Shown: positions 49,517 through 58,810, numbered from the stretch's first letter. The stretch: 64,000 nucleotides of DNA from Clostridiales bacterium (GCA_918244965.1 CAKJYC010000002.1:28197-92196), one strand, 5' to 3'. Numbers and translations: made by a program. Notes: generated by a model not told the origin, from the letters alone.

Positions 49517-50524
49517 TCAGCTCCAGCTCTTCGGAACGAACAAATGCTCGTAGGTGCTGATCGCGTAGATATCGCTCATGCCGGCGATGAAGTCCGCGAC
49601 CGCCCGTTCCCTGCCTTCGCGTTCAAGCGTCAGGCGGAACTCGTCGTCCAGAAGCTCCGGATGTGAGAAATAGTATTCATACAGCGCGCGCACGACGCCC
49701 TTCGCCTTTCCCTCCTCGCTCTTGGCGAGCGGGTTCAGGTATACGCGATCGAACATGAACTTGCGAAGCACCTTGAACTCCTCGGCAAATTCCGTCGAAA
49801 AGCGGATCTCGCTGCTGTTCCGGCTGTTTTCGATCACGTTGATGATCAGGCTGTTGATGCGCTTTGAATGCGTCGGCCCGAACAGCTCGATGCAGGAGCT
49901 CGGCAGGTCCTCCTCCGAGAGAACGCCGGCACGCATGGCGTCGTCGATGTCGTGATTGATGTAGGCGATGCGATCCGCAAGTGAGACGACCTTGCCCTCT
50001 GTCGTTGCAGGACGGCCGCTGCTGGTGTGATTAACAATGCCGTCGCGCACCTCCCATGTCAGGTTCAGGCCCTTGCCGTCGTATTCCAGCTTTTCCACGA
50101 CGCGCAGGCTCTGCTCGTTGTGCTTGAAGCCGAACGGCAGAAGATCGTTCAGCACATCCTCGCCCGCGTGTCCGAACGGCGTATGGCCGAGGTCATGCCC
50201 CATGGCGATCGCCTCAGCAAGATCCTCGTTGAGCCGCAGCGCACGCGCGATCGTCCGCGCGATCTGCGAAACTTCGAGCGTATGCGTCAGACGCGTGCGG
50301 TAGTGGTCTCCCTTCGGCGCCAAAAACACCTGTGTTTTATGCTTCAGACGGCGAAACGATTTGCTGTGCAGGATGCGGTCGCGGTCACGGACGAAGTCCG
50401 TACGCACAGGACAGGGATCCATCGGAACGTCTCTGCCGTGCGTATTGACCGAAAGCGTCGCATACGGGGAAAGCATCTGTTTCTCCCATTCTTCCCGCAT
50501 TTTTCGGACCGATCCGTCTTCCAT
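49517..50524 (-). CDS. dGTP triphosphohydrolase-like HD-domain protein
   Basis: HSKSFRRLKHKTQVF, RLTHTLEV, GHDLGHTPFGH motifs. Sits immediately upstream of dnaG. Confidence 0.9.
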   Translation of the reverse strand: MEDGSVRKMREEWEKQMLSPYATLSVNTHGRDVPMDPCPVRTDFVRDRDRILHSKSFRRLKHKTQVFLAPKGDHYRTRLTHTLEVSQIARTIARALRLNEDLAEAIAMGHDLGHTPFGHAGEDVLNDLLPFGFKHNEQSLRVVEKLEYDGKGLNLTWEVRDGIVNHTSSGRPATTEGKVVSLADRIAYINHDIDDAMRAGVLSEEDLPSSCIELFGPTHSKRINSLIINVIENSRNSSEIRFSTEFAEEFKVLRKFMFDRVYLNPLAKSEEGKAKGVVRALYEYYFSHPELLDDEFRLTLEREGRERAVADFIAGMSDIYAISTYEHLFVPKSWS

Positions 50525-50542
50525 AGTCGCCTCCGCGAAAGT

Positions 50543-50572
50543 ATTCTATATATTTATACGCCAAAACTCCAA
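50543..50572 (-). promoter_or_regulatory. Candidate sigma-A-type promoter for the dGTPase-dnaG-rpoD unit
   Basis: On the - strand, TTGGAG-18 nt-TAGAAT, 18 nt upstream of the ATG. GGAGG RBS. Confidence 0.4.
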
Positions 50573-50618
50573 AAAATCCTTTTTTTCTTTTCAAAGAATC
50601 CCGATCTTTTTAGACAGC

Positions 50619-50644
50619 AAAAGGCGGGAGATCGCTCTCCCGCC
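50619..50644 (-). terminator. Rho-independent terminator of the hydrogenase operon
   Basis: 9-bp stem ggcgggaga / tctcccgcc with a 4-nt loop, followed by T4 on the - strand, 17 nt after the hydA stop. Confidence 0.65.
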
Positions 50645-50660
50645 CTCTGTGTCGAATGGA

Positions 50661-52403
50661 TTATTTGTACAAGCCGCGCTCGGTGTAATGCGTGTGCAGC
50701 AGCTCGTGCGCCTTGTGGCTGTTCGGCTCACCGAGGTAGTCGCGATAGAGCACCTGGACCTCAGGATTCTCATGGCTCTTGCGCAGCGGCATGTTGGCAT
50801 CTTCGCCATACAGGCCTGCCGCACGCTTTGCGCGCAGATCCACGAAGTTGCGAACGTAGCCGGGCTGAATCGGCTGGCCGCCGCCGTTGACGCAGCCGCC
50901 GGGGCACGCCATGACTTCGACGAACTCATACTGCTTCTCGCCGCTCTTGATCATGTCGAGCAGCTTTCTCGCATTCTCGAGGCCGCTGGTGACCGCAACA
51001 CGCACCTTGACGCCGTTGAGATCGTACTCCGCTTCCTTGATGGCTTCGGTGCCGCGGACCGCATGGAAATCGACCTTCTCGAGCGTCTTGCCGGTGACGA
51101 CCTCATATGCGGTACGCAGAGCAGCTTCCATAACGCCGCCGGTCGCGCCGAAGATGTGACCTGCGCCGGACGCCTGGCCGAGCATCGGATCGCAAACCTC
51201 TTCGGGCAGATCCTCGAACTTGATGCCCGCACGACGGATCATGCGCGCAAGCTCGCGGGTCGTAAGGGAAACGTCGACGTCGGGTCTGCCGTCCGTGCCG
51301 AGCTCCGGACGCTGCACCTCAAACTTCTTCGCGGTGCACGGCATGATGGAGACGACGAAGATCTTCTTCGGGTCGATGCCCATCTTCTCGGCATAGTAGG
51401 ACTTGACGAGTGCGCCGAACATGCCCTGCGGCGATTTGCAGGTGGACAGGTTCGGAATGAACTCCGGATAGTAGTGCTCGCAGAACTTGATCCAGCCGGG
51501 GCTGCAGCTCGTGATCAGCGGGAGCTTGCCGCCCTTGGTGAGACGGCTGATCAGCTCGGTGCCTTCCTCCATGATCGTGACGTCAGCAGCGTTGTCGACG
51601 TCAAAGACCTTGTCGAAGCCGAGTCTGCGCAGTGCAGCGATCATCTTGCCCTCGACATTCGTGCCGATCGGCATGCCGAACTCTTCGCCGAGCTGTACGC
51701 GGACGGACGGTGCGGGACCGACGACAACATGCATATCGGGATCGGAGAGCGCCTTCCACACCTTGCCGGTGTCGTCACGCTCGGTGAGCGCGCCGGTCGG
51801 GCAGACGCTGATGCACTGACCGCAGTTGACACAGGACGTAGTGGCCAGCGGCAGATCGAATGCGCTTGCGATATGGGTCTTGAAGCCGCGCTCGTTTGCG
51901 CCGATGACGTTGCAGTGCTGGTTGTACTTGCAGACAGCCACGCAGCGACGGCAAAGGATGCACTTCGAGTTGTCGCGGATGAGGTGGATCGCGGAATCGT
52001 CGATGTCGGGCTCGGTCGGCGCGCCGTCGAACTTATGCGCATCGCAGCCGTATTCCTGAGACAGCGCCTGCAGCTCGCAGTTGCCGCTGCGCACGCAGCT
52101 CAGACAATCCATACGGTGGTTCGACAGCATCAGTTCGAGCGTCATCTTGCGGGATGCGCGAAGCGCGGGCGTGTTCGTCTGCACTTCCATGCCTTCGGCG
52201 ACCTGCATCAGGCACGCAACGGGGTTCGAACGCGCGCCCTTGACCTCGACCACGCACATACGGCACGCGCCGATGGCGTTGATCTGCTTCATGTAGCAAA
52301 GGGTCGGAATCCGGATACCGGCCAGCTCCGCCGCTTCCAGAATCGTGGAACCCGCGGGGACTTCGATCTCCATTCCGTTGATTTTCATTTTAACTGTATC
52401 CAT
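50661..52403 (-). CDS. hydA: [FeFe]-hydrogenase catalytic subunit, M3 architecture (group A, trimeric/bifurcating type HydA/HndD)
   Basis: N-terminal 2Fe-2S fold, His-ligated cluster HRMDCLSCVRSGNC, two ferredoxin CxxCxxCxxxC motifs. H-cluster motifs TSCSPGW, MPCTAKKFE, EVMACPGGCVNGGGQP. Confidence 0.95.
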   Translation of the reverse strand: MDTVKMKINGMEIEVPAGSTILEAAELAGIRIPTLCYMKQINAIGACRMCVVEVKGARSNPVACLMQVAEGMEVQTNTPALRASRKMTLELMLSNHRMDCLSCVRSGNCELQALSQEYGCDAHKFDGAPTEPDIDDSAIHLIRDNSKCILCRRCVAVCKYNQHCNVIGANERGFKTHIASAFDLPLATTSCVNCGQCISVCPTGALTERDDTGKVWKALSDPDMHVVVGPAPSVRVQLGEEFGMPIGTNVEGKMIAALRRLGFDKVFDVDNAADVTIMEEGTELISRLTKGGKLPLITSCSPGWIKFCEHYYPEFIPNLSTCKSPQGMFGALVKSYYAEKMGIDPKKIFVVSIMPCTAKKFEVQRPELGTDGRPDVDVSLTTRELARMIRRAGIKFEDLPEEVCDPMLGQASGAGHIFGATGGVMEAALRTAYEVVTGKTLEKVDFHAVRGTEAIKEAEYDLNGVKVRVAVTSGLENARKLLDMIKSGEKQYEFVEVMACPGGCVNGGGQPIQPGYVRNFVDLRAKRAAGLYGEDANMPLRKSHENPEVQVLYRDYLGEPNSHKAHELLHTHYTERGLYK

Positions 52404-52414
52404 GGTCGCCCTCC

Positions 52415-54208
52415 TTATTTCTTGATGATGGCCGAGAACTTACAGCCTTCCATGCAGGCGCCGCACTTGATGCACTTCGACTGGTCGATGACATGCGGTT
52501 CCTTGACCTTGCCGGTGATCGCGCCTGCGGGGCACTTGCGTGCGCAGAGCGTGCAGCCGCGGCACTTGTCGGGCTGGATCTCATAATGCATGAGGTTCTT
52601 GCAGACGCCCGCCGGGCAGCGCTTTTCGACGACGTGTGCCTCGTACTCGTCGCGGAAATACTTCAGCGTGGACAGAACCGGGTTCGGCGCCGTCTGACCG
52701 AGTGCACACATTGCGTTCGCCTTGATGTAGTTGCACAGCTCCTCCATCTTGTCAAGATCTTCAAGCGTGCCGTTGCCGGACGTGATCTTGTCAAGCATTT
52801 CGAGAAGGCGTCTCGTGCCGATGCGGCACGGGGTGCACTTGCCGCAGCTCTCGTCAACCGTGAAGTCGAGGAAGAAGCGTGCGACGTCGACCATGCACGT
52901 CGTTTCGTCCATGACGATCATACCGCCGGAGCCCATCATGGCGCCGATCTTGATCAGGTTGTCATAGTCGATCGGCAGGTCGAGGTATTCCGCCGGAATG
53001 CAGCCGCCGGACGGACCGCCGGTCTGCACGGCCTTGAACTTCTTGCCGTTCGGGATGCCGCCGCCGATGTCGTAGATGATCTCGCGGAGCGTCGTGCCCA
53101 TCGGGATCTCAACGAGGCCGGTGTTGACGATCTTGCCGCCGAGCGCAAAGACCTTGGTGCCCTTGCTGCGCTCGGTGCCCATGGATGCGAACCACTCGGC
53201 GCCCTTCAGGATGATCTGCGGGATGTTGGCGAGCGTTTCGACGTTGTTGATGATCGTCGGCTGACCGAACAGACCCTTGTTCGCCGGGAACGGGGGCTTG
53301 TTTCTCGGCTCGCCGCGGTTGCCCTCGATGGAGGTCAGAAGCGCGGTCTCTTCGCCGCAGACGAACGCGCCTGCGCCGAGACGAACTTCGATGTCGAAAT
53401 CAAAGCCGGTGCCGAAGATGTCCTTGCCGAGCAGGTTGTATTCACGCGCCTGGCCGATTGCGATCTCAAGACGCTTGACCGCGATCGGGTACTCTGCACG
53501 AACATAGATGAAGCCCTTGTTTGCGCCGATCGCATAGCCTGCGATCGCCATTGCTTCGAGGACTGCATGCGGGTCGCCTTCGAGAACGGAACGGTCCATG
53601 AACGCGCCGGGGTCGCCCTCGTCCGCGTTGCAGACGACGTACTTCTGCGGAACCTTATTGCGCGCCGCGAAGTCCCACTTCATGCCGGTCGGGAAGCCTG
53701 CGCCGCCTCTGCCGCGAAGGCCGGAATCCTTCATGACCTGAATGACTTCTTCCGGGGTCATTTCGGTGAGCACCTTGCCGAGTGCGGCATAGCCGTCCAT
53801 CGCGATGTACTCGTCGATCTGTTCCGGGTTGATGACGCCGCAGTTGCGAAGCGCAACACGCATCTGCGTCTTGTAGAAGCCGGTTTCCTGCAGGGACGGA
53901 ACCTCGACCTTCTCCTCGCCCTCGGTCTCACGATAGACGAGACGATCGACCACACGGCCCTTTAAGAAATGCTCGGAAACGAGTTCGGGAACGTCTTCGA
54001 GCTTGACACGGCTATAGAACGTTCCCTCCGGGTAAACGATCATAACCGGACCCAATGCGCAAAGGCCGAAGCAGCCGGTGCGCACGACCTTTACTTCCTC
54101 AGCAAGGCCGTTTTTTGCGATTTCTTCCTCAAGCGCGTCGGCAATCTTGACGCTGCCGGAAGAGGTACAACCCGTACCGCCGCAAATCAGAACATGCGTG
54201 CGAATCAT
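52415..54208 (-). CDS. hydB: NADH-binding flavoprotein subunit (NuoF-like HydB/HndC) with an N-terminal thioredoxin-like 2Fe-2S domain and C-terminal 2x[4Fe-4S]
   Basis: GRGGAGFPTG, ESCGKCTPCR, and C-terminal CRGCTLCARKCP / CIKCGACMEGC. Confidence 0.95.
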   Translation of the reverse strand: MIRTHVLICGGTGCTSSGSVKIADALEEEIAKNGLAEEVKVVRTGCFGLCALGPVMIVYPEGTFYSRVKLEDVPELVSEHFLKGRVVDRLVYRETEGEEKVEVPSLQETGFYKTQMRVALRNCGVINPEQIDEYIAMDGYAALGKVLTEMTPEEVIQVMKDSGLRGRGGAGFPTGMKWDFAARNKVPQKYVVCNADEGDPGAFMDRSVLEGDPHAVLEAMAIAGYAIGANKGFIYVRAEYPIAVKRLEIAIGQAREYNLLGKDIFGTGFDFDIEVRLGAGAFVCGEETALLTSIEGNRGEPRNKPPFPANKGLFGQPTIINNVETLANIPQIILKGAEWFASMGTERSKGTKVFALGGKIVNTGLVEIPMGTTLREIIYDIGGGIPNGKKFKAVQTGGPSGGCIPAEYLDLPIDYDNLIKIGAMMGSGGMIVMDETTCMVDVARFFLDFTVDESCGKCTPCRIGTRRLLEMLDKITSGNGTLEDLDKMEELCNYIKANAMCALGQTAPNPVLSTLKYFRDEYEAHVVEKRCPAGVCKNLMHYEIQPDKCRGCTLCARKCPAGAITGKVKEPHVIDQSKCIKCGACMEGCKFSAIIKK

Positions 54209-54223
54209 ACTGTCTTTCCTCCG

Positions 54224-54595
54224 TTATCCTTCCACCGCACCGATGGTATATTTTGTGACGGGCTTGCCGCCGATCAAGTGCTCCTTGATAATTTCGGGAA
54301 CCATTTCGGGCTTGACCTTCACATAGGTCACGCGCTCCTTGTCGCCCTCGAACACTTCGACGATCGGCTCAAAGCGGCACATGCCGATGCAGCCGGTCTG
54401 GGTGACGGTCACGCGATCACCGATGTTCTGCTCCGCGACCTGTTCGACGAACGCGTTCAGGACCGGACGCGCGCCTGCCGCGATGCCGCAGGTTGCCATG
54501 CCGACGACCACACGGATCTCGCCGGAGCCTTCGCGAAGAGCGACCTTGTTTTTCATTCTTTCACGAATTTCTGCAAGTTCTTTCAATGATTTCAT
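54224..54595 (-). CDS. Thioredoxin-like [2Fe-2S] ferredoxin (HndB-like)
   Basis: 123 aa. Cys pairs in MATCGIAAGA and TGCIGMCRFEP. Confidence 0.85.
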   Translation of the reverse strand: MKSLKELAEIRERMKNKVALREGSGEIRVVVGMATCGIAAGARPVLNAFVEQVAEQNIGDRVTVTQTGCIGMCRFEPIVEVFEGDKERVTYVKVKPEMVPEIIKEHLIGGKPVTKYTIGAVEG

Positions 54596-54634
54596 GAGTT
54601 TGATCCTTTCATTTGTAGATTTTTCAGAATATCT

Positions 54635-55189
54635 TCAAGCCTCCGAAGCATACTGCTCCGTCAGCATATCCCGGATCCATGCGAGGACTTCGTATTCGTC
54701 AAGCGGTACGTCGTCCCCTAAAACCTGTCGTATCTCGCGCGTGTCGAGTTCGACCGTGCGATCCGGCAGCGTGTGCCGGAAAACAAAATCCGTCTGTGCG
54801 CTTCCGCGAATCAAAAGGATGATGGTGGAGATCACATCGCCGAGCGGCGTGAAATCCAGATGCGTCTTGAAGAACGTCGCGGACGTTTCCGTGCCGCAAT
54901 GCTCCGGATCGACTGCCCTCTCCGTCGAGCGGATGGTAAGCGTGCCCCCCGTCTGTTCCGCCGCCAGCTTCAGAAGCGGGATCCCCATGCCGACCTTGCG
55001 CGTGGTGCGCGTGGTGGAAAACGGATCGACAACGGTTTTCAGAAAGTCCTCCGACATGCCGTAGCCGTTATCCCGGATCGTGATCTTCAGCGTCGTCTCC
55101 GTCTCGTCCAGCAGGATCTCGATGAGCGTCGCTTCGGCGCGGATCGAGTTCTGGGCGATGTCGAGAATGTTCAGACTGAGTTCCTTCAC
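54635..55189 (-). CDS. Stand-alone GHKL/HATPase_c ATP-binding protein
   Basis: N box LNILDIAQNS, G1 RDNGYGM, G2 GMGIPLL. The GTG start at 55189 follows GGGAGGGG and overlaps the PHP gene stop (GTGA). The upstream part of the track ORF is out of context. Confidence 0.75.
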   Translation of the reverse strand: MKELSLNILDIAQNSIRAEATLIEILLDETETTLKITIRDNGYGMSEDFLKTVVDPFSTTRTTRKVGMGIPLLKLAAEQTGGTLTIRSTERAVDPEHCGTETSATFFKTHLDFTPLGDVISTIILLIRGSAQTDFVFRHTLPDRTVELDTREIRQVLGDDVPLDEYEVLAWIRDMLTEQYASEA

Positions 55190-55905
55190 AGTTTCCCCTC
55201 CCGCAGCTTCTGAAACAGTTCGTGCCGCACCGCTTCCGGCGCGGTATCGTCGGTTTCGAGCGTCAGCGTGCCGCCTGCCTCGCCGATCTCCCACAGCCTG
55301 TGCGCATCCGAGCAGACAACGACCGTGCGTCCCTCCGCAAGCTTTCGGTTCTCCCGATCCCGAAGCTCCGCAATGCGAAACACCGGTTCCGGCGGAAATG
55401 TGCCGAGCACAGCCAGCAGTCCGTTTGCGTCGCGGTCGATGTGCGCCGGCCAGCAGACGCCGTGAAATGCTTCGACCAGAGCGGCCGCCGATTCGAGATC
55501 GAGATCCGTTGCGGCGGGCAGAAAGTACGGGTCCTCCCCGATCTGTTCGTCCCGCTCATTCAGGATCGCCTGATCGCCGAAGATCTCCCTGCGATTTTTG
55601 ATCCGCATACGATGCGTCTTGACCTCCGCCCCGAACGCAAGCGCGTCGTCGAGCGTTTCAAACACGCACAGCAGGTGGATATCCTCCGCCGTCGTCAGCT
55701 CCATGCCGGCGATCGGAACGATCCCGTACTCCTCACACGCCTTGAAGAAGGCCGGACAGTTGTCGACCGAATTATGGTCGGTCAGCGCAACGATGCCGAG
55801 CTCGTTCAGGTGCGCCATCCCCGCAATGTTGCAGGGCGTCATGTCCATGTCCCCGCACGGAGACAGACACGAATGCAGATGCAGATCGTAGCCGACCGTC
55901 CTCAT
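55186..55905 (-). CDS. PHP-domain metal-dependent phosphoesterase
   Basis: YDLHLHSCLSPCGD, ALTDHNS, and HLLCVF motifs of the PHP family. Confidence 0.85.
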   Translation of the reverse strand: MRTVGYDLHLHSCLSPCGDMDMTPCNIAGMAHLNELGIVALTDHNSVDNCPAFFKACEEYGIVPIAGMELTTAEDIHLLCVFETLDDALAFGAEVKTHRMRIKNRREIFGDQAILNERDEQIGEDPYFLPAATDLDLESAAALVEAFHGVCWPAHIDRDANGLLAVLGTFPPEPVFRIAELRDRENRKLAEGRTVVVCSDAHRLWEIGEAGGTLTLETDDTAPEAVRHELFQKLREGKL

Positions 55906-56243
55906 TTGAGCAGTGCGCCGACCTCGACGCAGATCTCAAATGTGGACTTTTCGGACAGCAGCATGTTCAACCCGTGCAGCCTTGCCGCGTTGACCGCAGC
56001 CTCGTCCGGCCGGACGCCCTCGGAAAACACGATGCAAGCGCAGTCTGTCAGCTGACCGACCGCCGCCACGTTCACATTGGACATGATCGTGACCCAGCAG
56101 TCGCCGCTGTCGGCGCGTCCCATGACCCAGCTCAGAAGATCCCCCGCATAGCCTCCGGTGACCTCCCGGTCGCCGTCGGACAGCAGCAGCGGTTCGTATC
56201 CGGTTTTTTCGATCAGTTGGGAAACCGTCATTATCTTTCTCAC
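55902..56243 (-). CDS. DRTGG-domain protein
   Basis: 113 aa. REVTGGYAGDLLSWVM and a CBS-partner-like fold pattern. ATGA overlaps on both sides. Confidence 0.75.
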   Translation of the reverse strand: MRKIMTVSQLIEKTGYEPLLLSDGDREVTGGYAGDLLSWVMGRADSGDCWVTIMSNVNVAAVGQLTDCACIVFSEGVRPDEAAVNAARLHGLNMLLSEKSTFEICVEVGALLK

Positions 56244-57523
56244 TTTCCGTCGTCGTGCTCCAACTCTCTGAGATGCTCGCGCATGCGAATGACGCAGTCA
56301 TCCAGCTTGGATTCGCCCTTTACGACGTCCTCCGCGTGCGCACGGCACGTCGGCGCGCCGCAGGAGCCGCAGTCCATTCCGGGCAGCAGGTTGCGGATCC
56401 GCTCGATCTCCGACATCATGCGGAACGAACGCATCCGGTCCGCGTCGAGAATCTCCGCCGAGCTGTATTCGCCCGGCTCAACGGTCATGAATTCACGCGG
56501 GATCGGTTCGTCGTCGGTCAATACGACGTGGTTCTGCGCGACCGGCATATACCGCTGCAGCGAGCGAATGCGCACGCGTGCGATATACGGGTTCTCGACC
56601 GCCATGACGCCGCCGACGCAGCCGCCGGGACATGCGTTCATCTCGACGAATTTCAGATCGGGGAAATGTCCCATTTCGATGTCGTCGAGCACGCGGATGA
56701 TGTTCTCAATGCCGTCCGCCGCCAGATAGTGATCGTTCATGAGCGCGCTTGCCTCGCCGCCGGACGACGACCAGCTCATGCCGATCATGCCGGATTCGGA
56801 GGTAATTTCGGGAACCTTTGCGCGGTCCATTTTGGACAGGACCCGGAAATAGATATCGCTCATGGAGACCACGTAATCCACGTAGCACTCCTTATCCGCG
56901 GGCGTATTCTTGACCCAGCTGACCTTCGCGGGACACGGGGAGATGAACACGGTTTTGATCTCGTCGGGCTTCAGTTCCGGATGCTCCTTCAGTGCGCGCT
57001 CCTTTGCGAGCTTGCCCGCCACCTCGATGGGCGGCGAGATCGGGACCATCTTGTTCCGGAGCGTCGGGAACCGCAGCGAAATGAGCCGTACCACGACCGG
57101 ACATGCCGTGCTGATGAACGGCGCATGCGCCATTCCCTTGCGCTTCATGTACGTCCGGGTGTAGTCCGTAACGATCTCCGCGGCCTTCGCGACCTCAAAC
57201 ACATCGTCAAAGCCGAGATTCTTGAGTCCCTGCAGCAGGTAGTCCGTATCGTCCAGATTGGCAAACTGACCGAAGATCGAGGGCGCGGGGAGCGCGATCA
57301 GATACTTCGAGTGATCGATCGAATCCCATTCGTCGAAGCTCGCGCGCTTCGCCTTATACGGGCAATGGCGGATGCATTCGCCGCAGTCGATGCACAGCTG
57401 CGGATTGATACAAGCCTTTCCGTCGCGAATGCGGATCGCCTGCGTAGGACAGCGGCGCAAGCAGGTGGTACACCCCTTGCACTTTGCCGGGTCAAGCGAA
57501 ACGGAATGCTTGTATACGATCAT
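56240..57523 (-). CDS. Sensor-like [FeFe]-hydrogenase paralog (H-cluster domain without the proton-relay Cys), with an N-terminal 2x[4Fe-4S] ferredoxin and a C-terminal CxxCxxxxC Fe-S domain
   Basis: CKGCTTCLRRCP / CIDCGECIRHCP. H-domain motifs STACPVV (Ala-Cys instead of Cys-Cys), SPCPAK, EMNACPGGCVGG. C-terminal MDCGSCGAPTCRAHAEDV. Confidence 0.88.
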   Translation of the reverse strand: MIVYKHSVSLDPAKCKGCTTCLRRCPTQAIRIRDGKACINPQLCIDCGECIRHCPYKAKRASFDEWDSIDHSKYLIALPAPSIFGQFANLDDTDYLLQGLKNLGFDDVFEVAKAAEIVTDYTRTYMKRKGMAHAPFISTACPVVVRLISLRFPTLRNKMVPISPPIEVAGKLAKERALKEHPELKPDEIKTVFISPCPAKVSWVKNTPADKECYVDYVVSMSDIYFRVLSKMDRAKVPEITSESGMIGMSWSSSGGEASALMNDHYLAADGIENIIRVLDDIEMGHFPDLKFVEMNACPGGCVGGVMAVENPYIARVRIRSLQRYMPVAQNHVVLTDDEPIPREFMTVEPGEYSSAEILDADRMRSFRMMSEIERIRNLLPGMDCGSCGAPTCRAHAEDVVKGESKLDDCVIRMREHLRELEHDDGK

Positions 57524-57532
57524 GCTTCCTCC

Positions 57533-57961
57533 TTATGCCGACTTGAATTTCATCTCGATCGTCGTGCCGACGCCGACGACGGAATCGATCTTGAGCTCAT
57601 CCGAATACCGTTTCATGTTCGGCAGGCCCATGCCTGCTCCGAAGCCGAGCGAACGGATGTTGTCCGGCGCGGTCGAATATCCCTCCTGCATGGCAAGATT
57701 GATATCCTTGATACCGGGGCCGACGTCCTTCAGAATCACCGTGATGCAGTCCGGCGTAACATACACATCCGCATCCCCGCCCTTTGCGTGGATGACCATG
57801 TTGATCTCGCCTTCGTACATCGCAACGGAGATCCTGCGGATCAGATCGGGATGGTATCCCATCTGCCGGAGCGTCCGTTTGACCTGTACCGAAGCCTCGC
57901 CTGCGGACGTGAAGTTGTTTCCGTCCACATCGTAGTGGAAATGGAGCGCGTCGCCTGTCAT
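57533..57961 (-). CDS. Anti-sigma-factor-like Ser/Thr kinase (SpoIIAB/RsbW-type GHKL ATPase)
   Basis: 142 aa. EGEINMVIHA (N box), DVGPGI (G1), GFGAGMGLPN (G2). The ATG at 57961 overlaps the upstream DRTGG stop (ATGA). Confidence 0.8.
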   Translation of the reverse strand: MTGDALHFHYDVDGNNFTSAGEASVQVKRTLRQMGYHPDLIRRISVAMYEGEINMVIHAKGGDADVYVTPDCITVILKDVGPGIKDINLAMQEGYSTAPDNIRSLGFGAGMGLPNMKRYSDELKIDSVVGVGTTIEMKFKSA

Positions 57962-58296
57962 CGTCCCAAACCGCCTTCGTACAGTCTGCCGCTCGCCTCG
58001 TACATCGTCATCTGGGTCTCCATCAGAACGATGTCGTTTTGCGCGGCGAGGGTTTTGATCTCCGGCGTTGCGGTCTTTCCGCGAACGATGATAATGCACT
58101 GCATGTCAAGCATATGCGCCGTACGCACGATCTGCGGGTTCAAAAGCCCGGTCAGAAGCACGTCGCGATTCTCCGCAAACGCAAGCACGTCGCTCATCAT
58201 GTCGCTGCCGAACGCGCCGGTCAGATCCTCGTCCAGCCGATCGGGATCGGCGTATACGACTGCATTGATTCGTTCGGCGATCTCCCGGATTGTCAT
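57958..58296 (-). CDS. DRTGG-domain protein
   Basis: 112 aa. DVLLTGLLNPQIVRTA...IIIVRGK pattern. Second copy of this domain in the operon. Confidence 0.75.
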   Translation of the reverse strand: MTIREIAERINAVVYADPDRLDEDLTGAFGSDMMSDVLAFAENRDVLLTGLLNPQIVRTAHMLDMQCIIIVRGKTATPEIKTLAAQNDIVLMETQMTMYEASGRLYEGGLGR

Positions 58297-58312
58297 ACCT
58301 GCTTCCTTTCGA

Positions 58313-58810
58313 TTATGCGCGGAATTTGTCTACGATGCCCTTGACGTCGGCGGGAACGAGCCGACCGAAAACGTCGTCATCCACCGTCATGACCGGAGCG
58401 AGGCCGCAGCAGCCAAGGCAGCGCGTCGCTTCGAGCGTGAACTTACCGTCCGGCGTGGTGTGGCCGGCCTTGATGCCGAGCTGACGTTCGAGCTCTGCAA
58501 GGATATCTGCAGATCCCTTGACGTAGCACGCGGTACCGAGACAGACGCGGATCAGGTGCTCGCCCTTCGGTTCGAGCGTGAACCACGAATAGAACGTGGA
58601 AACGCCGTACACCTGCTCAAGCGATACGCCGAGTCCTTCGGCGACCATCGTCTGCACTTCGATCGGCAGATAGCCGTAGATCTCCTGCGCCTTCTGGAGC
58701 ACAGGCATCATTGCGTCGCTGTGGCCCTTATGCTGTGCAATGACCTCTTTCAGTTGGGCTTCCTGTTCGGGCGTACCCCGGAACGGGATTTCGGTAATTT
58801 TGTTCGTCAT
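58313..58810 (-). CDS. hydC: NuoE-like [2Fe-2S] subunit (HydC/HndA)
   Basis: CLGTACYVKG and CLGCCGLAP cluster motifs, with a thioredoxin-like fold pattern. Confidence 0.93.
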   Translation of the reverse strand: MTNKITEIPFRGTPEQEAQLKEVIAQHKGHSDAMMPVLQKAQEIYGYLPIEVQTMVAEGLGVSLEQVYGVSTFYSWFTLEPKGEHLIRVCLGTACYVKGSADILAELERQLGIKAGHTTPDGKFTLEATRCLGCCGLAPVMTVDDDVFGRLVPADVKGIVDKFRA

